A stretch of DNA of 64,000 nt from Parcubacteria group bacterium (GCA_041661275.1 JBAZUU010000004.1:71480-135479); one strand, 5' to 3'. Positions 39,443-49,201 are shown, numbered from the stretch's first letter. Translations and numbers: made by a program. The notes: a model not told the origin generated them from the sequence alone.

Positions 39443-40319
39443 GTAACTGTTCAACATCTTTTCTTTGATATATACTTCTTTGCAGAGCTTTGTTAAAACA
39501 AAAAAACACAAAACTATGCAAAGAAAAATGTATCCAAGCGATGTCACTCGCGAGCAATTTGAAAAAATCAGACCGATTCTCGATACGGCCTGCAAGAAAA
39601 CAAGGCCGAGAACCATCGACCAGTATGACGTGTTCTGCGCCCTGCTGTACCTGCTGAAATCCGGCTGCCAATGGCGAATGTTGCCATCGGATTTTCCCAA
39701 ATGGCGCACCGTCCATCATTACTTTTCTCTCTGGAGCCGGAAGGAAAACAAAAACACCCCCAGCGTATTGGAGGAGGTCTTAAAAAAAATTGGTCAGCGA
39801 CGAACGCTTGAGAAATGGGAGATTATGCAAAACGAGCTTGGGTATCGTTGATGCCCAAAGCGTGAAAAATACTGAATCAGCGAGACAGAAAGGCTATGAC
39901 GCAGGCAAAAAAGTATCCGGTATTAAGCGGCATATTGTCGTGGACACCAATGGATTACCGCACGCAGTTACCATTACGACAGCTGATGTGACTGACAGAG
40001 ATGGAGCCATTAAGGCTTTTGAGACAAACAAAAAACACCTGTCGAAGGTGAAGAAAATACTGGCCGACGGCGGTTACACAGGCAAACCGTTTGCCGAAAA
40101 AGTGAAGAAGATTTTGAAAGCGGAAACAGAAATTGCTAAAAGAAATGAATTGCATACATTCAAAGTTATTCCGAAAAGATGGGTGGTGGAAAGAAGTTTC
40201 TCTTGGTTGGAAAAATGTCGGAGATTATGGAAAAATTGCGAAAGAAAACTTAATTCAAGTTTACAAATGATGGTTCTGTGTTTCGTGAGAGTTTTGTTGA
40301 AAAGATGTTGAACAGTTAC
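39443..40319 (+). mobile_element. IS5-family insertion sequence, 877 bp
   Basis: 21-bp perfect TIRs (gtaactgttcaacatcttttc); TTA duplication at 39440-42 and 40320-22. Confidence 0.93.
39516..40311 (+). CDS. IS5-family transposase in two overlapping ORFs joined across an A8 run (39782-39789)
   Basis: ORF A: YPSD..REQF, GCQWRMLPSDFPKW. ORF B: IVDAQSVK, GYDAGKK..G.KRH..VD, LADGGY, PKRWVVERSFSWL. ORF B is +1 relative to ORF A. Confidence 0.88.
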
Positions 40320-40370
40320 TTAGGCTACCCAAAATGCCTGAACTAATTAATAATTACTAGAATAATATAC

Positions 40371-40871
40371 ATGAAAAAAATACTTATTGGAGGAAGTCTT
40401 GGTATTTTCGCATTTTTTGCCTTCTTTGCAATGCCGGCTTTTGCGGCAGGCAGATTTGACCAATATGGCTATAATGATACTGCCAGAATTTTTAACGGCA
40501 CAGGAGAGTCCTGGTCTTTGGCAAAAGGATTGCCTGCTGATTATCTTGGAGCGTATGCCAAAGATAAACTAGTTATGAAATGGAACGCTGAATGGGATAG
40601 GGGAAATGCAGAGGGCTGGTCCAAGGGACCATACAATGCCTGGGAGAATAATGAATGGAATGGAAAAGTGAAAGGTGGTTCCGGCGCTGTTTGGCATTAT
40701 AAAATAGTCTGGGTCGGCGATTATGTTGCAAATCCAAGCCTGATACCTGATGGAGCATACGGAATATGGGGACAATTCGCGACTATTATGGATCAGGGGC
40801 ATGACCCAAGTTATGGGCCGGGACATTTTTGGTTCGCACATGCCAGTCCAACCGGGTACGGGGCTTACTAA
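40371..40871 (+). CDS. Secreted Trp/Gly-rich hypothetical protein
   Basis: Signal peptide ending AFA; FDQYGYN..ARIFNG, LVMKWN..WD; terminator at about 40887-40922. Confidence 0.7.
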   Translation: MKKILIGGSLGIFAFFAFFAMPAFAAGRFDQYGYNDTARIFNGTGESWSLAKGLPADYLGAYAKDKLVMKWNAEWDRGNAEGWSKGPYNAWENNEWNGKVKGGSGAVWHYKIVWVGDYVANPSLIPDGAYGIWGQFATIMDQGHDPSYGPGHFWFAHASPTGYGAY

Positions 40872-41397
40872 GAGTCAGAAACTTTAAAAAACAACCCAGT
40901 ATTTTGAGGGGTTGTTTTTTTATGTCATAATATTTGGCTTTGTCAAGCCAAAATGTGGATAACTTTCCTTGCATTTTTTTTGCCGGCTGATAGAATAAAA
41001 AAGCAGATGAGGGAAAATAAAATATTTTTCAAAAAGGAAAAAAGATAAAAGGAGGGAAAAGGGGTTAAATCGTAAAATACAGTTGAATAATAGATATGGA
41101 TATATTCTTGATGAAAAGGATATTTTTATTTAAGAAGGCCAGCCGGCGTTCATTATTTGTTTAGTGAATAGCGGTTGGCTTTTTTTGTTGTTCTCTACGA
41201 ATTACGAATTTTAAAGAGCAAAATTTAATTCCTCCGATCGGAGGAGCCCAAAGAGGAGGAGGGTTTAAATTTTTTTAAAGCCAACCCCGGTTGAATAGTC
41301 CGCTTCGCGGAATTCAACGGGGCAAGTAATGGTCGAGGGTGTCAGGCCGCCCAGAGCGTCTGGAAATTAATTAGTAATTAACTAGAATAAATAAACT

Positions 41398-42000
41398 ATG
41401 AAAAAAATTATATTAAGCTTAGCGGCCATTGTTGCTGTCGGAGCTGTGGCAGGATATGGATCTTATGCTCTGTGGAGTGATACTGAAACCAGTACTGGAA
41501 ACAGTATTACAGCTGACAAGTTGGATTTGGTATTAGCAAGTGTCCCCCTGACTATTGCTAATGTTCATCCCGGGCAAACAGGAAGCAGTGCTGCTATGAC
41601 AGCTAAAAATGATAGCAATACTGTCAATGGAACCTTGACTTATACAGTCACTGGATTAGTTGATAATGAAAATGGTTGCGTGGAGCCAGAATCTAACCCA
41701 GCAGAAGGAAATGACCTTACTTGTGGTACGCCCGGAGCGGGGCTAGGAGAACTTTCGGGTCACGTAAAGGTAGGTTTTATTGCTGATTTAAACGGAGATG
41801 GCACATATGAAACTACTATTCCCGAGGCGTATCTGAATACTCTTAGCGGTACTACTACCATAGGAACTGTGGCCGCTGGCGTTACTGCCAGTGTTCAAAT
41901 GACATATACCGTAGATAATTCAGTTACTCCTTTTGCAGACAATATCTTTATGACTGACAGCTCTACATTTGATGTTAATTTCAACTTAACTCAGATATAG
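41398..42000 (+). CDS. TasA/CalY (camelysin-like) family fibre subunit with SipW-type signal peptide
   Basis: GSYA|LWSDTETSTGNSITADKLDL, NVHPGQ, ENGC.EPE, DNIFMTDS..FDVNFNLTQ; adjacent to sipW. Confidence 0.8.
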   Translation: MKKIILSLAAIVAVGAVAGYGSYALWSDTETSTGNSITADKLDLVLASVPLTIANVHPGQTGSSAAMTAKNDSNTVNGTLTYTVTGLVDNENGCVEPESNPAEGNDLTCGTPGAGLGELSGHVKVGFIADLNGDGTYETTIPEAYLNTLSGTTTIGTVAAGVTASVQMTYTVDNSVTPFADNIFMTDSSTFDVNFNLTQI

Positions 42001-42097
42001 TCCTGGTTATTTTTGACGCGGGAAGATTTTCTCGCGTCTGCTTGGGAAACTCAATGACGACTGTGGGTCGGTTTGGGTTTTCAAAGCGGACTAAATT

Positions 42098-42625
42098 ATG
42101 AAAAAAGCGTACTATATCACCCAAAACATATTTGTCACTCTGGCCATTGCCATTGTCCTGTTTCTTTTGGCTGCCAGATTTTTGCCAAAATTCCATTACG
42201 GGCTATATATTATCCAGTCCGGATCGATGCAGCCGACTTTGAAAACAGGAAGTATCGTAGTCGACAAAAAGCAGGCGGATTATCAAAAAGGCGAAATCAT
42301 TACTTTTGCCCGAAGCAAAAAAGAGATCATCACCCACAGAATCACAGAAGTGACAGGCGAAGGAGAAAATATATTATACAAAACCAAGGGCGATGCCAAT
42401 AATACGGATGATTTGTTCCTGGCCAGGAAAAATTTGGTTTTGGGAAAAGTAATATTCGCGGTTCCGTATTTCGGATATATTATCGCTTTTGTCAAAACGA
42501 AAACAGGACTGGTTCTGCTAATTATCATTCCAGCCCTTTGGTTTATAGTAGAAGAGGCGTTGAAAGTCAAAAAAACAATCAGAGAGAAAAAAAATAAAAC
42601 TAAAGGTAATGAACAGGAGGAATAA
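42098..42625 (+). CDS. sipW: Signal peptidase I, ER/SipW type (S26B)
   Basis: IQSGSMQPT, GEIITF, ITHRI, TKGDANN..D, VPYFGY; TM at both ends. Confidence 0.9.
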   Translation: MKKAYYITQNIFVTLAIAIVLFLLAARFLPKFHYGLYIIQSGSMQPTLKTGSIVVDKKQADYQKGEIITFARSKKEIITHRITEVTGEGENILYKTKGDANNTDDLFLARKNLVLGKVIFAVPYFGYIIAFVKTKTGLVLLIIIPALWFIVEEALKVKKTIREKKNKTKGNEQEE

Positions 42626-44552
42626 AAAAAATAAATATGCGGAATTAATAACGGTTGTTTGCGCGATGTTGTTGGCTGTTGTTTCTCCTGTTTTTGTTTA
42701 TGCTGACTATCAGGATAACGAAACGACTAGTGGCAATTCTTTTTCCGCTTCCAGCTTGAATGCGGAAGTTTCTTCCACTCAATCGGGACTGGAAGTGGCT
42801 TTGACGGCTGCTGGAATGGTTCCGGGAGACAGCGTCAGCCGGGACGCCAATATTGATAATGTCGGAGGTGAAAATTTCAAATATAAAGTGGAATTTGAAA
42901 AAGTGAGCGGAAGCGACGCTCTTTGCGACGCGCTCCAACTGGAAGCAAAACAGGGCGGCGCGACGGTATATAATGACGATCTCCTTGATTTTACTGTGAG
43001 CGGCGGGACTTTGAATTCAGGAAATGATGACGATTGGGATTTTACTGTTACCTTGCCGACAGGGTCGCCCAATAGTTTGGAGGGATTGAGTTGCAATTTT
43101 AAGTTCGTCTTTACCGCCTGGCAGACAGATTTTGCGAATCCAACCGCGGGCTGGGTGGACGAAGAAGAACTCGATGGCAACAATATCACGACTGGTGATT
43201 GGGATCCGGTGATAACGGGCGTAGCAAATACTAATCCGCTGGATACCAAAGGCCAGACCAACGATGAGATGGCTAAAGTTAGTGTTTCCTGGAGCACCAG
43301 CGAAAACACCACTTCCAACGTGGTTTATGACACAGTCACTCGCGCGGATTGCACCGGATACGCGAACCATAATACTCCTGTTGACGCAGTGGCTGACAAT
43401 ACTAACCATGAAGTGACACTTAAAAATCTTTTGGCCGGCACTACATATCATTATCGCGCCGTGAGCCGCGACGTGGGCGGAAATCAGGTTTGCTCCAGTG
43501 AATATTCATTCACCATCCCTGCTTCCACGACAGATATTCCGTCATCAGACATAGTTCTCAATGAATTTGTGCCCCATCCTTCTGGTTCGGAAAGTGGCGA
43601 ATGGGTGGAATTATATAACAAAAGCGGATCGGATGTCGGAGTCAATGGCTGGTATATTTATGATTCTACGGATTCCGGTGGCGTAATGATAAGTTCGGCC
43701 AATACTGATACGGGCGGAACGACTGTTTCAGCCGGTGGTTATCTCGTTGTTTATCTCAATAAATCCTATCTTAATAATAGTGGTGGCGATACCGTGAAAC
43801 TGTATAGCGGCTTATTCGGTGTCGGAACATTGATTGACAGCCACAGCTATACCGGAACAATTCCCGAAGGCAAATCTTTTGCCAGGTTTCCTGATGGTGT
43901 CGGGGTTTGGATAGATCCGGATGTAACGCCTGGAGAAAAAAATGAATTGAAGCCGGAAGAAAAAGAGGCGTTTCTGACGCAAACAGCAAACGCTTGCTTT
44001 GACGGTAAAATGCGAAAAGAAAGCAAGGAAAATATCTGCCAGGGAGAATTTTTGAAATATCTGGGGATGGTAAACAAGAAAAAAGACATTGAAATGACCG
44101 ATGCAATGTGGGAAAAAATGAAAACCGTCAGCCCGGCAGTGGAAACAATGAAGGAAAAAGAAGCTACAGATGTGAAAACAGAACCCGCCTCGACTCGCGA
44201 AGACGCTACGTCGACGCGAGGCGGGAAAACAACGCCGGCAGGTGGAAAAGCGGATATAAAAAAAGAAGAGGTAGCCGCTCCCTTGGAAGAAAAGGATAAA
44301 AAAGTGGAAGATGCGCCTGCTGTTGAGGTTGCTCCGGCGCCGAAAGAGGAAATAAAACCGGAAGAAAAAACTATTCCGGAAGAAAAGAAAGTGGAAGTGA
44401 AGGAAGTGCCAAAGGAAGATCCTAAAGTCGAAGAAAAGCCTAAAGAAGAACCTAAAATCGAGGAAAAACCCAAAGAAGAAGCGCCAAAAGTGGACGCTGT
44501 TGTTTCGGAAGTTTTTGATTATTTTAAAATAAATTATATTAATTTATGTTAG
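42609..44552 (+). CDS. Multidomain TasA-like protein with FN3-like and lamin-tail domains and a charged tail
   Basis: VYA|DYQDNETTSGNSFSASSL, MVPGD, F.FTAWQ; VSWST...H.V.L.NL..GTTYHYR..S.D..GN; IVLNEF.P...EWVELYN...LNN.GD.V.L...TPGEKN; EEKPKE repeats. Confidence 0.75.
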   Translation: MNRRNKKNKYAELITVVCAMLLAVVSPVFVYADYQDNETTSGNSFSASSLNAEVSSTQSGLEVALTAAGMVPGDSVSRDANIDNVGGENFKYKVEFEKVSGSDALCDALQLEAKQGGATVYNDDLLDFTVSGGTLNSGNDDDWDFTVTLPTGSPNSLEGLSCNFKFVFTAWQTDFANPTAGWVDEEELDGNNITTGDWDPVITGVANTNPLDTKGQTNDEMAKVSVSWSTSENTTSNVVYDTVTRADCTGYANHNTPVDAVADNTNHEVTLKNLLAGTTYHYRAVSRDVGGNQVCSSEYSFTIPASTTDIPSSDIVLNEFVPHPSGSESGEWVELYNKSGSDVGVNGWYIYDSTDSGGVMISSANTDTGGTTVSAGGYLVVYLNKSYLNNSGGDTVKLYSGLFGVGTLIDSHSYTGTIPEGKSFARFPDGVGVWIDPDVTPGEKNELKPEEKEAFLTQTANACFDGKMRKESKENICQGEFLKYLGMVNKKKDIEMTDAMWEKMKTVSPAVETMKEKEATDVKTEPASTREDATSTRGGKTTPAGGKADIKKEEVAAPLEEKDKKVEDAPAVEVAPAPKEEIKPEEKTIPEEKKVEVKEVPKEDPKVEEKPKEEPKIEEKPKEEAPKVDAVVSEVFDYFKINYINLC

Positions 44553-45448
44553 GTAGAAAAATAAAAATCATCACATACGCTTTTTTCTTCTCGATTCTTT
44601 TTGGCTTTGCAGGGGCGGCTCAAGCGGCGGTTTCTCTCGATGTCAGCGGAGTGCATGACCATATGTTCAGTGAAGACAATATATATCCGGGATGGACCGA
44701 TAGCCATACGGTGAATGTCAAGAATACCAGTGATGGTTCTGAAGTGATTGATGTTTACGCCACTTTTGATATTACTGATAATTCCGATCTAACCAAAAAA
44801 ATTCATTTGTATGTCATAAGAGAGGCTGACAATAAATATATGCTGGGCGGAGTCGGTGACAGAATAACTTTGGATGAAGCGGATGGTGACAGGATATTTA
44901 TCGATCGATTGGACGCGGGAGAATCGGAAGATTATAAAATAAAACTTCGTTTCGATTCTGACGCCGGCAATGAATATCAGGAGCTTAGTTCTGATTTTGA
45001 CATAGATTTAGGGTTTGAATCAGATGAAGTTCCGGGCGGAGGAACGCCCTTGCCAAAAGTTGTTTCTGGTGAGAAGCCCCCGGAAGAAGTGGCCGGAGTT
45101 TCTACGCCGGAAGAAGGCGCTGAAAATCAGGGGGCGCAATTGGGAGCAGAAACAACTTGTCAGAGCTGGCCGCAATGGATATGGATAGTCGCCATCTTGG
45201 CTTATGCCTTGATACTTCTGAAATACTTGCAGAATAATTATAAAGCCGAAAAAATGGTTTGGAAATTCGGTCTCGTCTGGACTGTTGCGGCTGTCACTTT
45301 CTGGTATTTTAGGGACAAATGTCGGGAATATCAGTGGTTTTTGTATGGTTCAATAATAATTGCTGTTGCTAGCTATTTTATTTATCTCTGGATGCTGAAA
45401 AAGAAAGTGAAAAGCGGAACTTTGCCGGTTGATCATACGCAGGAATAA
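44546..45448 (+). CDS. TasA-like domain protein with three C-terminal TM helices (candidate anchor)
   Basis: NIYPG..SHTVNVKN and AGNEYQ...FDI.LGF motifs, acidic linker, then three hydrophobic helices. Confidence 0.6.
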   Translation: MLGRKIKIITYAFFFSILFGFAGAAQAAVSLDVSGVHDHMFSEDNIYPGWTDSHTVNVKNTSDGSEVIDVYATFDITDNSDLTKKIHLYVIREADNKYMLGGVGDRITLDEADGDRIFIDRLDAGESEDYKIKLRFDSDAGNEYQELSSDFDIDLGFESDEVPGGGTPLPKVVSGEKPPEEVAGVSTPEEGAENQGAQLGAETTCQSWPQWIWIVAILAYALILLKYLQNNYKAEKMVWKFGLVWTVAAVTFWYFRDKCREYQWFLYGSIIIAVASYFIYLWMLKKKVKSGTLPVDHTQE

Positions 45449-45548
45449 AGATTGACTTAAAACTGTATAAGGTATAAAATGCCAATCACTCGAGATTGGC
45501 ATTTTTGATTGGAGTGAACCGTTCTTTGAACACAAAGGGGATATAATC

Positions 45549-45908
45549 ATGAAAATTCTTGTGATCGATGATGAAGAAGGACTTAGTTTCATCATAAGTA
45601 AATTCCTAAAATCGAGGGGCTTTGAAACAGCCCTTGCTACTAATGGACAGGAGGGAATAAAAATCATCGGCTCTAGTGAGATCGACCTAGTGGTTTCCGA
45701 CATCAATATGCCGGGGAAAAGCGGGTTGGATGTATTGGAATACGTTCGGTCTAATCATCCAGGCATACCGGTCATCATGATGACCGGCGAAGCTACCAAA
45801 AAAGAAAGAGAAAGCGCCTTAGCGTTAGGTGCTTTCGGTATCATAAAGAAGCCATTTCTTTTGTCTGATCTTCTGGGCAAAATCAAGGAGGCGCTCGGAA
45901 AGGAGTGA
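45549..45908 (+). CDS. Single-domain response regulator (CheY-like receiver)
   Basis: ILVIDDE, DLVVSDINMPGKSG, IMMTG, KKPF. Confidence 0.92.
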   Translation: MKILVIDDEEGLSFIISKFLKSRGFETALATNGQEGIKIIGSSEIDLVVSDINMPGKSGLDVLEYVRSNHPGIPVIMMTGEATKKERESALALGAFGIIKKPFLLSDLLGKIKEALGKE

Positions 45909-45945
45909 CTCTGTTTCTCTAACTGTAAACGCAAAGGAAAGGGAG

Positions 45946-46116
45946 ATGAAAACAACGGGTAGCAGTGATAGTTGGAGCTGGGTATCATTTCTTGTGCTGG
46001 TTTCCCCACTGCTGGGATTCGGACTCTTTCTTCTTTGGGTTTTTGGATGCCATGGAGCGTCCAAAAAAGCCCAAAAAGAAAGGAGGAAAAAAAGTGTGGA
46101 ATACAAAAAGGCGTAG
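45946..46116 (+). CDS. 56-aa single-TM peptide with basic tail (not in ORF track)
   Basis: AAGGAAAGGGAG upstream; MKTTGSSDSWSWVSFLVLVSPLLGFGLFLLWVFGCHGASKKAQKERRKKSVEYKKA. Confidence 0.4.
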   Translation: MKTTGSSDSWSWVSFLVLVSPLLGFGLFLLWVFGCHGASKKAQKERRKKSVEYKKA

Positions 46117-46200
46117 GCAAAAATGCCTGCCTAGAAAGGGAGAAAGATCGAAGGCTTTCCTCCCTTTTCTTTTTGCCTTTTTCTATTATAGAATTGATAT

Positions 46201-46923
46201 ATGGACTATAAATATAACGGCATAATTTTGTCCAAGATCGATATCGCGGAAGTTGATCGGATTTATAATATCTATACACTGGAAGCGGGAAAGATACGGG
46301 TGATTGGAAAGGGAACAAGAAATCCCAATGCTAAACTGGCGGGAAGTATTGAGCCGGTGACTAGCGCCGAAATATATGTTTCCCGTACAAAAGGTCTAGG
46401 GAAAATTACCGGAGCTATTGTCCTTGATAATTTTTCGCGCTTGAAATCCGATTATGAATATCTGAACAAGGTTTTCTATGTTTTTGGGATTTTAGAAAAA
46501 ATAATTACCAACGAAGAAAAAGACGAAAAAGTCTTCGCGCTTCTTTTGACTTATCTAAAAATACTGGAAGAACTGGCAGAAAAAGGCAAGGAAAAAGAGA
46601 AGATAGAGATTGTCACTCTCGGATTTATATTTAAACTGCTTGAAGCTGCCGGTTACGGGCTTAATATGGAAAACTGCGTCAGATGCGGAACCAGACTCAG
46701 ACCAGAAAACAACTTTTTCAGCGCGCCGTCCGGAGGAGTAGTTTGCTCCGGGTGTGCCGATTTTAGCGCGAAGAAAGTAAGAATTGAAAGCGCTACTATA
46801 AAATTGATCCGGATATTTTTGGGGAATAAGTTGGAAAATTTTGCCAAAATATCCGCTTCCAGAGCAGATATAAAAAATACGGAAGCGATAGCGGGGGAGA
46901 TGGTGAGGTGGATAGTGGGATAG
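46201..46923 (+). CDS. recO: DNA repair protein RecO
   Basis: GIIL....E.DRI..IYT...GKI....KG.R....KL; CVRC...CSGC zinc finger. Confidence 0.9.
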   Translation: MDYKYNGIILSKIDIAEVDRIYNIYTLEAGKIRVIGKGTRNPNAKLAGSIEPVTSAEIYVSRTKGLGKITGAIVLDNFSRLKSDYEYLNKVFYVFGILEKIITNEEKDEKVFALLLTYLKILEELAEKGKEKEKIEIVTLGFIFKLLEAAGYGLNMENCVRCGTRLRPENNFFSAPSGGVVCSGCADFSAKKVRIESATIKLIRIFLGNKLENFAKISASRADIKNTEAIAGEMVRWIVG

Positions 46924-46942
46924 GAAATTTGAAATTTTTTAG

Positions 46943-47079
46943 CCGTCATCCTGAGCGAAGTCCAATTCTTATTGGACGTAGTCGAAGGATCTGCTTGCTA
47001 ATAGCACGAGTAGTATTAATTAGTAGATTCTTCGACTGCATTCTCCCGCTTCGCGGGATCATTCCGCTCAGAATGACGG
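46943..47079. repeat. Cruciform element, copy 4 (inverted orientation)
   Basis: ccgtcatcctgagcgaag...gtcgaaggatct...agattcttcgact...ccgctcagaatgacgg. Confidence 0.9.
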
Positions 47080-47143
47080 ACGTCTCTGGTTTGATAAAAC
47101 ACTCAAAATCGTCTATTATAAAAGTACTTAATCAAATACAAAA

Positions 47144-49039
47144 ATGTCGCTATCTGATATCAAAAGAAAACTATATCAAAAAGAACAGGAAAAGAACCTG
47201 TCGGAACATGACAAAAGTTCTTACGACCCGCATCACGCAATTTCTGGGCAAACGCAGGATTCTTCCGGCGATCTTTGGGCAAAAAAAGAAATGGGACTTG
47301 GCGTCAAAGAAAAAGTGGCTATCAAAAAAGGCGCTTACGTTTTAGGCGGAATTCTGGCGGTTATTTTTATCATCATGATAGCCTATTTTATCCGGCTGTC
47401 TTCCTTTTCAGCCGATCGAGTGACGGTGTCGATAACCGGAGCGGATCGGACGGACAGCGGTAAATTTCTGACCTATGAGATCAGTTATAAAAATGATAAT
47501 CGGGCAGAATTGAAAAATGCCCAACTGAAAATTACTTATCCGGGAGATTTCAAGCCGGAAGACAATACCAATTTTGTCGAAGAAAGCCCGACCAATGGAA
47601 CATATTCTCTTGGCACAATTGCCGGTCACGGGACGGGAAAAGTAACTTTTAGCGGAAGAATCTATAGCCCAAAAGGCGCTCTGGTTTATCTGAAAGCCCA
47701 ATTGTTATATAACCCGGGAAGCTACAGTTTGCGTTATACCAGTGAAAAACAGTTGGGGATAAATGTTGTCACTTCACCGATAACTCTGGAAGTCGCAGGA
47801 CCACAAACTTTGGCCAGCGGAGACGAGATAGGCTATATGGTCAGTTTCAAAAACGATGGAGAAACGGATCTCAATGATATAAAAATAAAGATCGATTATC
47901 CTGGCAGATTCACTTTTTCCACATCTTCTCCGAAAAGTTTTGAAGGAAATAATATCTGGTATGTCGGATTGCTTTCTCCGGGTCAAACTGGAAAATTAAC
48001 GGTAATTGGAAAACTGGAAGGAAATACCGATGAAGTAAAGAGTCTTAAAGTGTACGTCGGTTCTACGGAAAAAGGGAGCTTTGTCAGTTTCAATGAAGGA
48101 AGCGCTGACACCAGAATTGTCGGCTCGGCCATTGCTATAACGCAGACAGTGAATGACCTGACCAGTCTCAATGCTAACGCGGGCGATCTTTTGCGCTTCG
48201 GCATAGATTATAAAAATACAAGTGAAATAGGGCTCAAAAATCTGATTCTGACAGACAGAATTGACAGTCCGGTTCTGGATTATAGCTCGCTTGAAGCAAG
48301 CGGCGGACATTTTGACGCCAATAGCAAAACTATTACCTGGAAAGCGTCTGATCATCCGGAACTGGCCGGGATCGAACCAGGCGCTGGCGGAAGAGTTGAG
48401 TTTACTGTGAAAGTAAAAGAATCTATTCCGGTGGCGAGTACGAACGATAAAAATTTTGTCATTTCCAGTATCGTGAAGATTGATAGTCCTGACATCCCCA
48501 CGTCTATTTCCACGAATAAAATTATCTCCGGAAATAAAATTGATGTGAAGCTTAATTCCAAGCTGTTTCTAGCTGTCAAAGGATTTCATAAAGACTCTAA
48601 TATTACTAACTCCGGGCCGGTTCCTCCTAAAGTAGGCCAGGAAACAACGTATGCCATCCATTGGATAGCGTCAAATATTAACAATGACGTGAATAACGCC
48701 AGGGTGGAAGCAGTATTGCCCACCTGGGCGACAGCGACAGGAATAGTATATCCGGAAGGCGCGAACATCACATATAACCAGCGAGACAATACTGTCGTTT
48801 GGGAAATAGGCAATATGAGCGCTGGAACTGGCGTGCTGTCAAGTCCCAAAGAAGTTTCTTTCCAGATAAAAATTATGCCTTCGCCCGACCAAAAGGATAA
48901 ATTGATAGACATTCTGAAACCATCAACTTTCAAAGCCAAGGATGCTTTTACGGGAGATGAAATTTCAGCGACGGCTGAAGGAAAAACAACCCATCTTGAG
49001 GAAGACAGTAGCTTGGATTCGAAAGAGAGGGTGGAGTAG
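47144..49039 (+). CDS. Membrane-anchored protein with tandem Ig-like (DUF11-like) domains
   Basis: One TM then repeated G....Y.I.Y.N...L modules; GPVPPKVGQETTY.I.W. Confidence 0.65.
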   Translation: MSLSDIKRKLYQKEQEKNLSEHDKSSYDPHHAISGQTQDSSGDLWAKKEMGLGVKEKVAIKKGAYVLGGILAVIFIIMIAYFIRLSSFSADRVTVSITGADRTDSGKFLTYEISYKNDNRAELKNAQLKITYPGDFKPEDNTNFVEESPTNGTYSLGTIAGHGTGKVTFSGRIYSPKGALVYLKAQLLYNPGSYSLRYTSEKQLGINVVTSPITLEVAGPQTLASGDEIGYMVSFKNDGETDLNDIKIKIDYPGRFTFSTSSPKSFEGNNIWYVGLLSPGQTGKLTVIGKLEGNTDEVKSLKVYVGSTEKGSFVSFNEGSADTRIVGSAIAITQTVNDLTSLNANAGDLLRFGIDYKNTSEIGLKNLILTDRIDSPVLDYSSLEASGGHFDANSKTITWKASDHPELAGIEPGAGGRVEFTVKVKESIPVASTNDKNFVISSIVKIDSPDIPTSISTNKIISGNKIDVKLNSKLFLAVKGFHKDSNITNSGPVPPKVGQETTYAIHWIASNINNDVNNARVEAVLPTWATATGIVYPEGANITYNQRDNTVVWEIGNMSAGTGVLSSPKEVSFQIKIMPSPDQKDKLIDILKPSTFKAKDAFTGDEISATAEGKTTHLEEDSSLDSKERVE

Positions 49040-49059
49040 GGGGTCGGGATAATTTTCAT

Positions 49060-49178
49060 TTTACAAAAAATTAACTCGGGCTCTAAATTTTCTAGCTAAA
49101 ATTTTTGCTACGGTCAACGGCTGAAGCGCAAAAATTTTAGAGAAAATCTGAGCCCTCAAACAGGAATTTTTTATAAAA
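49060..49178. repeat. Long imperfect hairpin upstream of tgt
   Basis: ttttacaaaaaatt..gggctc..attttct..ctaaaatttttgc / gcaaaaattttag agaaaat..gagccc..aattttttataaaa. Confidence 0.65.
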
Positions 49179-49201
49179 TAAAAAATTATCCCTCTTGATA
49201 T

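Noticed and set aside
42645-44473. Long antisense ORFs opposite the TasA fusion (likewise opposite rplA, gatB, dnaE and 47144)
   Set aside because: Shadow frames of real genes with no motifs or initiation signals.
44340-44490. EEKPKE tandem repeats as a separate DNA element
   Set aside because: Explained as a low-complexity charged protein tail.
46908-47345. 145-aa ORF (and the 61-aa ORF at 54372..54557)
   Set aside because: Read-through of the cruciform repeat (RHPERS/RHSERN); the first also overlaps real genes out of frame.
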